From Haliotis cracherodii (lineage: Eukaryota), in the NCBI RefSeq assembly GCF_022045235.1, contig NW_027266275.1:55490001-55554000 (forward strand): a stretch of 64,000 nt of DNA, written 5' to 3'. The notes below the pieces were generated by a model. The model did not search any database and was not told the DNA's origin. It saw only the letters and a program-made list of their open reading frames with translations. This document shows, in pieces, positions 33,401-46,000 of the stretch. Positions within the stretch are counted from its first letter, which is position 1; the number at the start of each line of letters is the position of its first letter. A program made the position numbers and the translations under genes.

Positions 33401-34281
33401 TAATGAACAAACACTTTAACCACTGGGCTACCTCATCACTCCCAGACCCTCTTGAGCCAGCTCGTCAACAGTGAGTGAGTGAGTTTGGTTTTACGCCACT
33501 TTTAGCAATATTCCAGCAATATCAAAGCTGGGGACCCAGAAATAGGCTTCACACATTGTATCCATGTCAGGAATCGAACCCAGGTCTACAGCGTGACAAG
33601 CGAACACTTTAACCACAACGCTACCCGACTGCCCCTACAGGTAGAGAGGGTGTATGCATGTTATGCTTATGTAGGTCATGACAATGAAACTGACTATGCT
33701 CCCTTGGACACACGTTTCCCATGAGACTATTAAGAGGTCGGTGGGACATGAAGATACCAGAATTCTGAGCAGAGACACGCACATATCCATCAGAACTACT
33801 TGTCACGGACCACCCGCTACCCCTTTCTTCATAATGGTATGCACCAGTGGGTGCCCCTCATACATAGTCATGCAGGGTTAACTGTCAGGTATCTCAACTT
33901 ACCCTGGCTTCCCAGTAAGTATGGAGTTACTTTCTTGTGATTTCCTTGTTGGTTTTACCAGAATACATTTCAGAAAAGCTATTTTTCGGTGTGACACTAT
34001 TGTAATTCCTTTTTGTATTCAGATTCCATATTCTTGATAAAACATGTATTCATATTTTTCACACTAAGGTTCAGCAAGTACATGTTGCTATATATCATAC
34101 TGGACAAAATGTATCGGAATTAACCACATCAGTAGATTTTAGTCTCCTAAACTAAAGCAAGGTTGGATCAACTTGTTACCTTGAAACCCTCTTTTTTCCT
34201 CAGGCAACCCAAACACTTGATGAGCACCACCACCAGCAGCAGCAGTGGCGCCACCACGGACACGGCGACCACCACTACCAT
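6512..34281 (-). CDS. LMTK: LMTK/AATK-family transmembrane kinase, spliced gene of 11 coding exons (about 5,139 aa): join of 34281-34180, 32465-32261, 31803-31727, 31371-31244, 30959-30872, 29654-29521, 29274-29190, 28739-28621, 26794-26645, 25776-23415, 18481-6512
   Basis: All introns are GT-AG and the phases join into one frame. The kinase motifs are diagnostic of the LMTK family: LTYLKEIGTGWFGQV, VVAK, HQDFAARN, KIGDYG, LPIRWMAPE, ANIWSFG, CW..P..RP. The N-terminal hydrophobic helix is followed by C..C..GFK|TFEN, as in AATK/LMTK. The join to the last exon is inferred from splice sites and phase only. Confidence 0.88.
7095..14445 (-). repeat. Coding tandem array, about 73 units of 102 bp (34 aa) or 96 bp (32 aa); consensus ENT(A/V)PNLEASDAFPSVETVQTADSDPFGLTS(AT)G
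   Basis: Anchor ccaaatggatcactgtc recurs at 7161, 7263, 7365 and onward; units counted by hand from the translation; three degenerate units follow down to about 6860. Confidence 0.97.
19351..20097. repeat. About 55-bp intronic minisatellite, about 13 copies, with a variable poly-G tract
   Basis: gaccttagatagattgcagtttccagataccttctgccattttggtaagggg; starts at 19351, 19406, 19461 and onward. Confidence 0.95.
23415..25776 (-). CDS. LMTK: LMTK exon 10 (2,362 nt): kinase subdomain XI plus long acidic S/P/D/E-rich disordered region
   Basis: Within ORF 23391..25919; tttactttcag acceptor gives VEVMLFCWLNPGQRP in the right phase; CAG|gtatgc donor at 23414. Confidence 0.88.
26645..26794 (-). CDS. LMTK: LMTK exon 9, subdomains IX-X (SFGVLLWEMLMFGKQPYGNMADDQVLQTVI...)
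   Basis: WSFGVLLWE...G.QPY; cttcag / AT|gtgagc. Confidence 0.95.
28055..28275. repeat. Degenerate tandem repeat of about 55-70 bp, 4 copies
   Basis: ggtacaactagttatcactgtatttcattcaacaaatatttggc recurs. Confidence 0.7.
28621..28739 (-). CDS. LMTK: LMTK exon 8, activation segment (DDYFISGKESLPIRWMAPESL...TREANIW)
   Basis: PIRWMAPE; ttgacag / TG|gtgagt. Confidence 0.95.
28805..29080 (+). mobile_element. 5'-truncated family-B copies in LMTK intron 7
   Basis: gactaacgggtggtcaggctc...ggatcgatgc...gctggaatattgctgagtgcggcgttaaacaacaaac. Confidence 0.7.
29190..29274 (-). CDS. LMTK: LMTK exon 7, catalytic loop and DYG (QDFAARNCVVMSDYTVKIGDYGISEDVFK)
   Basis: DxAARN and KIGDYG; gttgcag / AAG|gtatgt. 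Confidence 0.95.
29521..29654 (-). CDS. LMTK: LMTK exon 6, subdomain VIa (GDLKTCVKK...FAIDASSGLACLHRHGYIH)
   Basis: GDL and GL..LH..YIH motifs; gctgtag / CA|gtaagt. Confidence 0.92.
30509..30745. mobile_element. Truncated copy (left TIR and internal part) of the same MITE
   Basis: catcttcc...ataaaagtccagtttccacccttgcc...gagtctatgcatagt homologous to 254-480. Confidence 0.7.
30872..30959 (-). CDS. LMTK: LMTK exon 5, subdomains IV-V (ELEHSNVLRLLGQCTESAPYLMILEYAQM)
   Basis: HxNxL.LLG.C motif; tgtacag / ATG|gtatgt. Confidence 0.92.
31244..31371 (-). CDS. LMTK: LMTK exon 4, subdomains II-III (VLESDAEH...VVAKVLRDDASNSEKKLFLEDVVPYR)
   Basis: Catalytic Lys in VVAK; tgtgtag / AG|gtagtg; phase consistent. 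Confidence 0.9.
31727..31803 (-). CDS. LMTK: LMTK exon 3, kinase subdomain I (FPRRQLTYLKEIGTGWFGQ)
   Basis: Gly-rich loop GxGWFG; ctttcag / CAG|gtatgt. Confidence 0.92.
32261..32465 (-). CDS. LMTK: LMTK exon 2, juxtamembrane region (TFENEDSRMEARINPGF...AAFKLV)
   Basis: cttcag acceptor, G|gtaaga donor, phase 0 to 1; lies within ORF 32046..32480. Confidence 0.8.
32694..33073. mobile_element. Second, internally deleted copy of the 9-bp-TSD MITE
   Basis: Same termini; TSD acgagcatg / atgagcatg; homologous internal sequence. Confidence 0.8.
33281..33635 (-). mobile_element. Two adjacent family-A SINE copies (33281-33443 and 33472-33635)
   Basis: Reverse complements of the family-A consensus with B box ggttcgattcc and (ACTC)n tail. 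Confidence 0.8.
34180..34281 (-). CDS. LMTK: LMTK coding exon 1: signal-anchor/TM MVVVVAVSVVAPLLLLVVVLIKCLGCLRKKEGFK
   Basis: ATG at 34281-34279 with an in-frame TGA two codons upstream; acceptor ttcttgttattccag before 34293; donor AAG|gtaac; about 21 hydrophobic residues then Cys and basic residues. Confidence 0.8.
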
Positions 34282-36092
34282 GTCTCACTTCATCTGGAAT
34301 AACAAGAAACGATATCAAACACTGTCAGGACAATATTCAACACAGTGAGAGCAGTGGCGCCACCACGGACACGGCGACCACCACTACCATGTCTCACTTC
34401 ATCTGGAATAACAAGAAACGATATCAGACACTGTCAGGACAATATTCAACACAGTTAGAGCAGTGGCGCCACCACGGACACGGCGACCACCACTACCATG
34501 TCTCACTTCATCTGGAATAACAAGAAACGATATCAAACACTGTCAGGACAATATTCAACACAGTTAGAGCAGTGGCGCCACCACGGACACGGCGACCACC
34601 ACTACCATGTCTCACTTCATCTGGAATAACAAGAAACGATATCAGACACTGTCAGGACAATATTCAACACAGTGAGAGCAGTGGCGCCACCACGGACACG
34701 GCGACCACCACTACCATGTCTCACTTCATCTGGAATAACAAGAAACGATATCAGACACTGTCAGGACAATATTCAACACAGTTAGAGCAGTGGCACCACC
34801 ACGGACACGGCGACCACCACTACCATGTCTCACTTCATCTGGAATAACAAGAAACGATATCAGACACTGTCAGGACAATATTCAACACAGTGAGAGCAGT
34901 GGCGCCACCACGGACACGGCGACCACCACTTCCATGTCTCACTTCATCTGGAATAACAAGAAACGATATCAGACACTGTCAGGACAATATTCAACACAGT
35001 TAGAGCAGTGGCGCCACCACGGACACGGCGACCACCACTACCATGTCTCACTTCATCTGGAAAAACAAGAAACGATATCAAACACTGTCAGGACAATATA
35101 TAACACAGTTAGAGCAGTGGCGCCACCACGGACAAGGCGACCACCACTACCATGTCTCACTTCATCTGGAATAACAAGAAACGATATCAAACACTGTCAG
35201 GACAAAATACAACACAGTTAGAGCAGTGGCGCCACCACGGACACGGCGACCACCACTACCATGTCTCACTTCATCTGGAATAACAAGAAACGATATCAAA
35301 CACTGTCAGGACAATATATAACACAGTTAGAGCAGTGGCACCACCACGGACAAGGCGACCACCACTACCATGTCTCACTTCATCTGGAATAACAAGAAAC
35401 GATATCAAACACTGTCAGGACAAAATACAACACAGTTAGAGCAGTGGCGCCACCACGGACACGGCGACCACCACTACCATGTCTCACTTCATCTGGAATA
35501 ACAGGAAACGATATCAAACACTGTCAGGACAATATATAACACAGTTAGAGCAGTGGCGCCACCACGGACAAGGCGACCACCACTACCATGTCTCACTTCA
35601 TCTGGAATAACAGGACACGATATCAAACACTGTCAGGACAATATATAACACAGTTAGAGCAGTGGCGCCACCACGGACACGGCGACCACAACTACCATGT
35701 CTCACTTCATCTGGAATAACAAGAAACGATATCAAACACTGTCAGGACAATATACAACACAGTTAGAGCAGTGGCGCCACCACGGACACGGCGACCACCA
35801 CTACCATGTCTCACTTCATCGAGAATAACAGGAAACGATATCAAACACTGTCAGGACAATATATAACACAGTTAGAGCAGTGGCGCCACCACGGACAAGG
35901 CGACCACCACTACCATGTCTCACTTCATCTGGAATAACAGGAAACAATATCAAACACTGGACAATATACAACACAGTTAGAGCAGTGGCGCCACCACGGA
36001 CACGGCGACCACAACTACCATGTCTCACTTCATCTGGAATAACAGGAAACAATATCAAACACTGGACAATATACAACACAGTTAGAGCAGTG
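34241..36092. repeat. 109-bp tandem array, about 17 copies, overlapping the first LMTK coding exon
   Basis: ORF starts at 34245, 34572 and 34790 differ by multiples of 109; the last two units are 4 bp shorter. Confidence 0.97.
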
Positions 36093-36810
36093 AAGTAGGC
36101 AGAATAAAAACGAGGGTCTGGATTAAAGCATGGAGTAAACAGAATGAACACAAGGGTCTGGATGAAAGCATGAAGTAAACTGAATAAACACGAGGGTCTG
36201 GCTCAAAGCATGGAGTAGACTGAGCGAACAAGGGGGTCTGGCTTAACATGGGCTTAAAGCATGGAGTAGGCAGAACAAACAAGGGGGTCTGGTTTAAAGC
36301 ATGGAGTAAACAGAATAAACACAAGGGTCTGGCTTAAAGCATGGAGTAGACAGAACGAACAAGGGGGTCTGGCTTAAAGCATGGAGTAGGGTGAAAGAAC
36401 AAGGGGGTCTGGCTTGAAGCATGGAGTAAACAGAATAAACAAGAGGGTCTGGCTTAAAGCATGGAGTAGACAGAACGAACAAGGGGGTCTGGCTTAAAGC
36501 ATGGAGTAGACTGAACGAACAAGGGGGTCGGGCTTAAAGCATGGAGTAATCAGAATAAACACAAGGGTCTGGCTTGAAGCATGGAGTAGACAGAACGAAC
36601 AATGGGGTCTGGCTTAAAGCATGGAGTAGAAAGAATGAACAAGAGTCTGGCTAAAAGCATGGAGTAGACAGAACGAACATGAGGGTCTGGCTTGAAGCAT
36701 GGAGTAAACAGAATGAACATGAGGGTCTGGCTTGAAGCATGGAGTAAACAGAATGAACATGAGGGTCTGGCTTGAAGCATGGAGTAGTGAGGATAAACAC
36801 AAGGATCTGG
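36093..36810. repeat. 40-41-bp minisatellite, about 17 copies (aagcatggagtagacagaacgaacaagggggtctggctta)
   Basis: Directly visible, abuts the 109-bp array. Confidence 0.93.
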
Positions 36811-39599
36811 AGTTGTGGGGAGAAGTACACCAGTGTAATAATATAAAACACTTAGAATGAGAGGGACTGACACAGGTTGACATATGCAAGGTGTCTGAAA
36901 AAAGAAGGGGTGCGCACCCGTCTGAATCCATCAGTGACCTTGTGAGAAAAGTCAATTAAAATGGGGATCAGGTAGTTACACTGACATCATGTGATTTGGC
37001 TGAATTGTCATTGTAGCAGCATATATTATTGCTGACTGCGTCGCAAAACATTCATTCACTCGATCATGACAGCCTGTGAAATAATCCAAACTGAAACACA
37101 CAAGTGTGAACCATGCTCCTGGTCACCTGTCCATCTGCTATCTGCACCCAACATCCATTGTGTTTTGTACCATTGATGTTGGCCCTCAGAAGAAACATGG
37201 GCCCTTGAAATCAACTGCACTAGCATTTGCACACATCAAAGCTAACAATAAAACTTAAATAATTAAGTTGAATCAAGAGTTCTTATTTCGGAGACAGTTG
37301 ATGATAAACATTGCGAAACAATAAACCTTACTTGGATCACATTTGCAAATCTGTCAGACCCACCCACTGCAATCAATAGCGGATATATGTAAATTAGGTC
37401 ACGTTGAAAAGGTATAAAACTCAAACCCGGAACTAACGAAAGTATTTTGGATCTTTCACCTACATTCTTGCACAATAGCAACAGATCATGACAGAGTTCA
37501 TTCGAAGCACAACGGTTGACCTACACCAAACATATGTATCTACGCAATATCATATATTTTGCACGGATTAAACAACAACTATTGCGCCAACATCAAGTCC
37601 AAAGCGAGAGTACACCTTGACACAATGGGGGGATAAGATTCAAGTGTGCTAAAAAAGAAGTGATCAGATAAGGACTTTGGTGCGGTGGGGTGTGTATCCA
37701 AAACGTTGTTTACAAACTATCATCATGACTTACGTCATAAAGAATAATGTTTTCGTCGTGTACTGCACGTGTGCATTGTCCATGCGGGAGGCGTGTCCCT
37801 ATCGGGTAGATCACACACGCGCACCTGTCACCGTCAAATGTCACGAGGGCTTTATTTTGGGTAGGACCCAACATCGACACTTCCTAAAAACTGATTACAC
37901 TTACAAATGTCGGAACCGACCTTCTGTTGATAATCGTATTTAGTTTCTTTGCGACACAATCATCAATATTGATACCGGGGATTTGATTTTAGAAATTGTG
38001 TTGTTTCTGTACAATCAAGAAAACATCTTGATAATTTAAAAGAAGATAGGTGGTTATTTTTAAATTAAATTAATTTTGCATTCACAGCAGCATTATTGAA
38101 TAGGTTACAACACGTGTACGTTGTCGTAACTTGAACACAAAATTTAAAATAGTTTCATTGTTACTTGATGTAAATCAAAATAAGTTTTACTCCATACAGA
38201 ACTGTAAAAAATATATGTTAACAACTCTATATTAGCCAAAACATTTACTTTTTGTATAACAACATCCATGTAAAACTATGCACGCATTTTGGGGGTTTGC
38301 CAAGAAATCAGAAATATTTCTTGTGGCCAACTGCTTATTTACACTGAACTATTTGGATGTTGTTCGGATACAGAATGCAATTCCATCATGTTCATCCCTA
38401 TTGTATGTCTAAATATACATTAAATTTACAAATAAATCATCGGTGTTGGGCGACGTGACCAGATGTAGGTCGTACATTCCTAGAATAATCCATGCCTATT
38501 CATGTTGATTATAACCATCAAAAAAAAGAAAACGTATCAAGATTTATCAAATGATCGTGAATAATACACTAGGACATGGTTTCAGGTGAGTGACTTTTCT
38601 AAACACTGGGTGATTGGTATCCAAAACGTCTTGAATATTTGTATTTAATATTAGTGATGGTATACCACAATGTCCTATCAACATTTCCTAAAATGATAAA
38701 AATGATCTTATGACATTTTTCTCCAGCAAAATCACTGTATGGATTTTTTAATTTGAAAGTGGAATATATACCACTCAGAGTTTGTTAAGGAACATCCAAT
38801 TCATTCGTATTACCACAGTTAATCTGTCATTTCACGACAGTTTATCTTTAGTAGTATGCAGAATTTGGTGGTCTTTAACTTTTTGAGGATTATATATCCA
38901 TATTTCTTGGTCTCTGTAGATTTTTCTTTTACTATTGCTGCACGTGCTTCCTCGTGGTGTGTGGCCATGAACTACCGTTAATATACAAAGGGAACTTGTT
39001 ATCTGGAACAAAGCAAACACCGTCCCCTGTTACATTCTACAGAGCACAGCATCTTCCATCAGATTGTTACATTGGGACAATTTCCACGACGGTCCGAATA
39101 CCCGTGCAGTTTCAATATATGTCCAGTCGTTGTTATTAGTGATTAATTGTCTTGTGGCTGTATATTCAGGGAAACCACTGTTAGATTGACAGACTGTTAT
39201 ATATCCTAACAGTTGAGTTAACATACAAACACAGTGATGTTTGGATCGAACTTGCCAGAAGCGTCAGTTTGCACGGGGAGCCTTGCCATCCCTCTGTTTT
39301 GTGTCAGCGTGTTGCTTATATAATCTATGTGTACATTTTGGATGCAATCTTATCACAATCAGATCATTTACTCCGATAATATACTTATCGTTTCGGAGGT
39401 AAAAGATGTCATTGAAATGTGATTTTGTTGTTGTTGGATGTTGTCTATTGGAGTTAAGAAATAGGAAAAAAAATGTTCTTTCAATACTGACTTTGGAAAT
39501 AAGATTAGGCCTAATTCTGATTATGATAATGTTATCTGGTTATAGCCATGACAGTCCTACACAAAGCATTTATAGACAAACAGCACACAGTGAGAGTTA

Positions 39600-39960
39600 G
39601 TACGTCTTTACTTTTCACACTGAATTGTTTTACGCGTGGGCCTATATATGTATGTTTAAACAGTTGCAAATACCATATCTTTACGCGTTGTGAAGACCGA
39701 TTATTAATTGTGAAAACCCCGAACGACGTCTATGTAGAATTAGTCGTGAAGATAATATTACTTTACGAAGTCGAAATTCATGTTCGTTATTTCGTAAACA
39801 ATTTGAAATGGCTTGATCATGTTATTGGAGAAGACCTTTTTATTGGAAATATGAAATGTTTTTATCGTGCAGATTAAAACAAAACGCGTTTAGGTTATCT
39901 CGTTACATAGAAAAAATGCGAGATCTGTGTCATCAATGGCGGCGGTGATTCAAGAAGGAA
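39600..39960. promoter_or_regulatory. CpG-retaining promoter region of cytohesin, possibly shared with LMTK
   Basis: Local CpG enrichment; ACGCGT at 39632, 39683 and 39884; YY1-like AATGGCGGC at about 39935; lies between divergent genes. Confidence 0.5.
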
Positions 39961-40047
39961 GTAGGCAGTGACTGATCGACTGAAAAAGAGGCTTACAGGC
40001 GATCTTCAAGCTGTGCCCAACTTCTACACATGTTAGATTGAAAGAGG

Positions 40048-40099
40048 ATGACTTCAGCCATGGTTGAGCACAAACACGGAGAAGGATTTAGTCTAGAAG
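40048..40099 (+). CDS. CYTH: Cytohesin exon 1 coding part (start could also be the strong-context gccATGG at 40060)
   Basis: In-frame TGA upstream at 40039-40041; GAAG|gtaata donor, phase 1 fits exon 2; lies just downstream of a CpG-rich promoter-like region. Confidence 0.65.
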
Positions 40100-43000
40100 G
40101 TAATATGTCCATCATGTTTATGTGGGGGAGGTTACTTTATAATTTGACATTTGGTGATAGTCAGTACGTGCTTTATGGATCTATGAGTCTGCAAGAATGA
40201 TTCACCACTCGTAACCACTAACCAGTCTATGTATTTGTATCCATACAGGTACTTTTTGTAAACAAACAACACTATCTCAAGATAGAGTATTGTAAATTGT
40301 TTCTGCTGTCAAAATTTGAAGGTGTCAAATAGAGTGTTTACCTCCATCAGTGGACTTCATGTGAGATCACAGGTCAACGTGACAAATAATAACAAATATA
40401 TTCACAATTATGTGTAATAGATTACCATCCTCTTTATATACACCACATAATATTTGACAATGTGAAAAATACACTCAGATGGAATGGTGGATGATAATTT
40501 ATGTTCATTGGTTTCTACATCTGATTTTGACATGTATCAGATGACTAATCAAGCATGTCATGGAAAGAAATTTTACGTTTGTTGACAATAACAACAAGTA
40601 ACAATCACTTGAGTGACTTAGAATGCTCAGTTTTGTTATTTTGAATATGTTAAATTAACACACATATGTTATAAAAGAAGATAGGAAAAACAAATTGTAG
40701 AGTGTCACCACCATGGTCAGTGGAAGTTTTATATGTATTTTCCTCTAAAAAATACACAATTTTTCTTGTCTTCTGTGGTGTTAGTGAAACAGCAATGTCC
40801 CTTTGCTGAATAAAAAAATATATCACAAACTTGATTTGTCAGCATTTATGGAGAGAAAAACATACATAACGATTAACTGAGTAACCCTTGTAGGGATTCT
40901 GAATGGTCACCAAAATGTGGTTATCAATAGTCATGTGACCTATTGTCAATACTCATCAAGTTACAATTTGTATTTATGTAATGTCTCGGTAACCAGTGTT
41001 AACTCCTGAGAGGACACATTTAGGAATAAGCGGTTTTCTTATGAACATGTATGAATTTTGTTTTTATCTCAATTTCTGAGTCTTATTTTATAGAAGGTAA
41101 TGATATAAGACCTACTTATCAGGAATGTATCTACGATACTAAACTAAATGCCCTCAACAAACAAATGGAAAATTATTGATTATATTTAAAAGTTCTTATT
41201 CAGAGGCATTATATTTTGACATTGTATTCCAACATTGCATTCAGTGCAATAATGTCAAATTTTGTGTTCACGGCTATTCCTCTTTATCATGTTTATAGAT
41301 CATGTTATCAGTAACATACAAGTCACCAATGAACTTGGAAATCTTAACTTCCACTGACATTTGCTGCAGATTAATGGCCAAATATTTCACTCTGAGCAGA
41401 TTCAGATTAATCCCTGCATATGGCGTGTCTGATGCAAATATGCATATGACAATCTCAATGTATTCAATACCATAATGTCAAGTTCACCTTACATTGGGAT
41501 ATTTGTTGATTAATAAAATTAATGTTGGTTTAGAAATTATGAAATGACCATGATTAGTAAGGATGAAATGATACATAGGTCAGTGTAGGTCACTGCTCGA
41601 TATATATCGCGATACACATATTTACGTCTAATCCTGTCAAGACTTCTTGATTATAAATAAAGTTCAAAAGGAAAAGCTAGCTGAAGACACATGTTCATAG
41701 CAGCTATTTCTAGTAGTGAACTGGGAAGGCTAGTTACAGCACCTTTTGTGATATTTGATGGATAAAATTGCTAGGGGTGTCATAAAATGAGTAGGAAGTA
41801 ATATATTTTAGCAAGTGTATCGTTTTGTATCAATACAGATAAAAGATTTTTTATGTATCATATTGCCACATGGAAACTTATGGTGCACCGATGTATTGTT
41901 TTACCCCTAACCTTCAGACAACTGGTCAATCTCTGCTGGTCGATCTAATGGTCCCTAATGTCAGCCATTTTAACTTACATATTGCTGCCACAAAAATATA
42001 ATTATCACATAACATTAAGTGTTAAGAAGGGGGAAATTGCCTTTGGGTGTTCTTTTATCCCAGTATGTATTAAGCATATTGAAAAGAGGTGTACAATGTC
42101 AGAAAATCAACAAATCTTTTTAAACTTAATGATGAAGTCATTGTCATCACAAATTACAAGGGGTTACTTTATGGTTAAATCGTTCTCTTGTCAGGCCAGG
42201 GTTGATTTTCAATGTGAGTAAAATGTTTGACACCCATTTTTTGTGTTCTCCACTGGGTTTACCTTGGTTATATATATTTTGTGGGTCCAGGGAACTCAAA
42301 GCCTTTAATTGTAGGGTCGCAGGTTAGTAAATAGGAGTCCCAGTAACCCTAATAGGGCCCCAGAGTAGACGTAGAACGATACCATTGGGTTGTGATACAT
42401 TACGTATCCTGATACAACATGTACAATGGGTGCCTTACAATTCGTATCTCATTACAGTTCTTATATTTCATAAGTACATATTCTTCCAGAGAAATGTCAA
42501 AAATTGATTACAGTACTCAAATGTTGCTAGGAGATAGGGATACTTTCAACTGTGTATTTTATTTTATTAAATAATTATGGACAGAAATAGATTTTAAGTC
42601 GTACCAAATTATCAAATAGAAGCAATTATTCCAAAACATGCGTACAAAAATTTCTGCATTTCAGGGACTACACTCTGTATTTGTTTTCCATCCCTTTTTT
42701 AAATTTTTACACATGTTAAGGCACATGTATATCCGTCCCCATAGTGATGAATGCTGGAATATTGCTAAAAGTAGCATGAATCCATTTTCACTCACTCATA
42801 ACTGAAAAACAACTAAGTGAGTGCTAAATCTTTATGACACAGTTGATTGTGATTATTTATTTACTTATTTCAAAATGCCCGTTCATATCTTGGTTCTTAA
42901 TGATAGTATGGTATGTATTGTTTCACAAACATGACCAGCTGTTCAGCCGGCAGCCCCTAGGACTTAAATTCGGAATATGTATTTATAATGTCAGTATTCT

Positions 43001-46000
43001 CTTCACAATGGACACATGAAGGATGGTGAAATCAGTGGAGACGTAATCCGACTGCTGTAAGACCCAATTATATCAATGCATGATCAATAACCATGTGTTG
43101 GTCTTTTCAATTTGATTACAACAAACATTGGACGAATAGTGTTTGTGTGATTTGAAGATATTGATTTCTTAGCAAGTCTACCAGCTGTCTGATACATGTA
43201 CTAATATTTAAATATCCCAACATTGTGGAATAAAAAATAGATTTCCATATTATTGCTACATCATCAGGTATATTGATTTTGATATACAGTAGTGTATTCT
43301 GTTTTAGCATGGTGAGCGTGACTAAAAACTGACATTTTGGTAACATGTTGAAATGGTTTAAAATGTATATTTTTCGCTTTAGCAGTGACAAAGCATTACA
43401 CTGAACATTTTAGACAGCTCGTGTACTTTAATCGAAGAGATTACCATATTGTGAAAGACCCTAAGTCATTAGCATATTAACTGTTAAGGAAGTGGAGCAT
43501 CTGGTTGCAGAATTGTTTGTGTAAAGAAAGAGCAATCTGAGCACGTTTTTAACAATTTCTGTTTTGTCCAGTAATGACAAAGCTTCAAGTTGCAGTACAG
43601 TAATTACAGAAGATCGGTATAATGGAATTCAACAGTAAATACCTTCTTTTTCTGATTGAAGTTTTTCATGATGTTATTGATGTGTTACTTTTGAGTTTAC
43701 ATGATTTATTCAGATCCTGGCTACCCATCTGCGAGTGAAATTGAATTTGAGATTTCTGAACTGTTCAATGGATCATATTACCGAATAACAAATATTGTGT
43801 ATATATTAACATGATCTCTTCTTGTTGCAAACAATATCCTCCTAACTCCTTACTGTAGCATTTCCCCTGTACAGAGAAACTTTGGTAACTTCATCAACTT
43901 TATATATGTTATGATGATTTTAAGACCATGCAACAGAAAGAATCGTAAGTGACAGTGTGACACTATGGTCCAATTGTGCTAACATAGGATCTTTGCTTCC
44001 CGCCAAAGATATGCATCTGTTATTAAAGACATAAGAAGGTTTTGCTTTGAAAAGGGGATGTGTCTGGGATTCCAAACTAGATCAGATGCCCTTGGAGGAC
44101 AAGTTTAGAAATGTGAACAGATTAAGAAGTTATTCTCATTAACAAATCATGGGTATGTTTAAAAGTTGCAAAGAGTATTTATCTGGATAACCCAGTTTCA
44201 GGACTGACCTGGTTTCCAGACTAACACAGTTTCATTGAGTACACATTCTGAGTAACACGATGTGTTTTTGTTTCAGACCTGACCCCCGAGGAGCAACAGC
44301 TTCTCAGTTCCATCAGGGAGAAGAAAAGACAACTCTTGGAGGAAATACAGGTATACACAAACAAACATTCCCATTTCATGTGTTGATACGTGTGAGTGGG
44401 TGAGCTGAGTTTAAAGCCGCTTTGATCAGTATTTTCAACGATAGAAATTGGCACTAGTCTTATTTTCCTTGTCAAACTGCCCAATTGTTTAGGTAACAGG
44501 ACTAGTAGAAATTTGCCATTTTTAAGTTATCGTTATAAAGACTAGTGGACTATAAATGTTAGTTTCTATTGCTGATTTTGGTTATATCATTGCATGTCTG
44601 CTTGATGTAAAGGTAAAAAACCCTCCTCCTGTGTCTTGACTGAGAGTGTAAGCTAAGGGCAGAGGGATAATGGGGAGGCCCCAGGCTTCCATTCTCAGTC
44701 AAGACCAAGGATGTATTCATCCAATTTATAAAGCATCTAACTTCATGAAATACCAGAAAAAATAAGAAAACATTGGGAAACTCTATTGTGACACAATACA
44801 GTGTGTAGCAGTATGAAAGGAATTCAAGGAATTCAATGAGAAAGACCATGTGCAGTATGCACAGAACTGAAGTCTTTACATGTAAATTTGAACATCCTTT
44901 CATCACCTGGCTCAGTCAGAAAACAGAGGGTTTCAAAACTAAGCATGACGTGAGGTTGCAGATTCAATTCACATCATGGAATTTTATTGTGAAAAAACTT
45001 CAACCAATAAAAAATCAACAAAATTCACATCAAAAGGCCAGTTTATATAATTCAACTTTAAAACCTTGGTCTGACAATTCAATTAAAGTTGGGGCATATC
45101 CTTCACAATTCCTGGGGCATTCTGGCGGAATGTTAGGGGTTTTCTGGTAATGAATACATTCACAGTTTATCAACATGTTAAAGAACCTACTCACACAGTA
45201 GTGTTGCATCACAAAAGGTTTATAAGTGGGAGGTTAGTTCAAAGTGAGGCTCGTGTTAGACGTCAAACATAGAAATATAAATCTGGGATTCAAACCCACG
45301 ATCATTGTTTCGTAGGATGCCCAAGTGTCGCAACTCTGAATACCGGGTACAGGGTGCTGTTGTACAGAGCGATCTTAGCGCTAAGGTGATCATAACTCCC
45401 TTTCCTTAACATAGACTTACGAGAGTCGTAGCGCTACTGTTGTTTTGTACAACGGCACCCAGGTACAGGGATGGTGCTTACAAACACAGCTATGGTACTG
45501 ACAAACCTAAAAACATAATCAGGGCAAATCTGGGAATCGAACCCATGATCATTGATTTCTAGCCCGCCTAAGTAATGGTTGCTACTCTGCACAGCGAAGT
45601 GAAACCCACATGCATCGGTTTGGTACTGACAAACCTAGAAACAGAATCAGGGCAAATCTGGGAATCGAACCCATGATCATTGATTTCTAGCCCGCCTAAG
45701 TAACGGTTGCTACTCTGCACAGCGAAGTGAAACCCACATGCATCGGTTTGGTACTGACAAACCTAAAAACATAATCAGGGCAAATCTGGGAATCGAACCC
45801 ATGATCATTGATTTCTAGCCCGCCTAAGTAACGGTTGCTACTCTGCACAGCGAAGTGAAACCCACATGCATCGGTTTGGTACTGACAAACCTAGAAACAG
45901 AATCAGGGCAAATCTGGGAATCGAACCCATGATCATTGATTTCTACCCCGCCTAAGTAACGGTTGCTACTCTGCACAGCGAAGTGAAACCCACATGCATC

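Noticed and set aside
34241-36810. Regular repeat arrays resembling CRISPR
   Set aside because: No unique spacers, no cas genes, eukaryotic context
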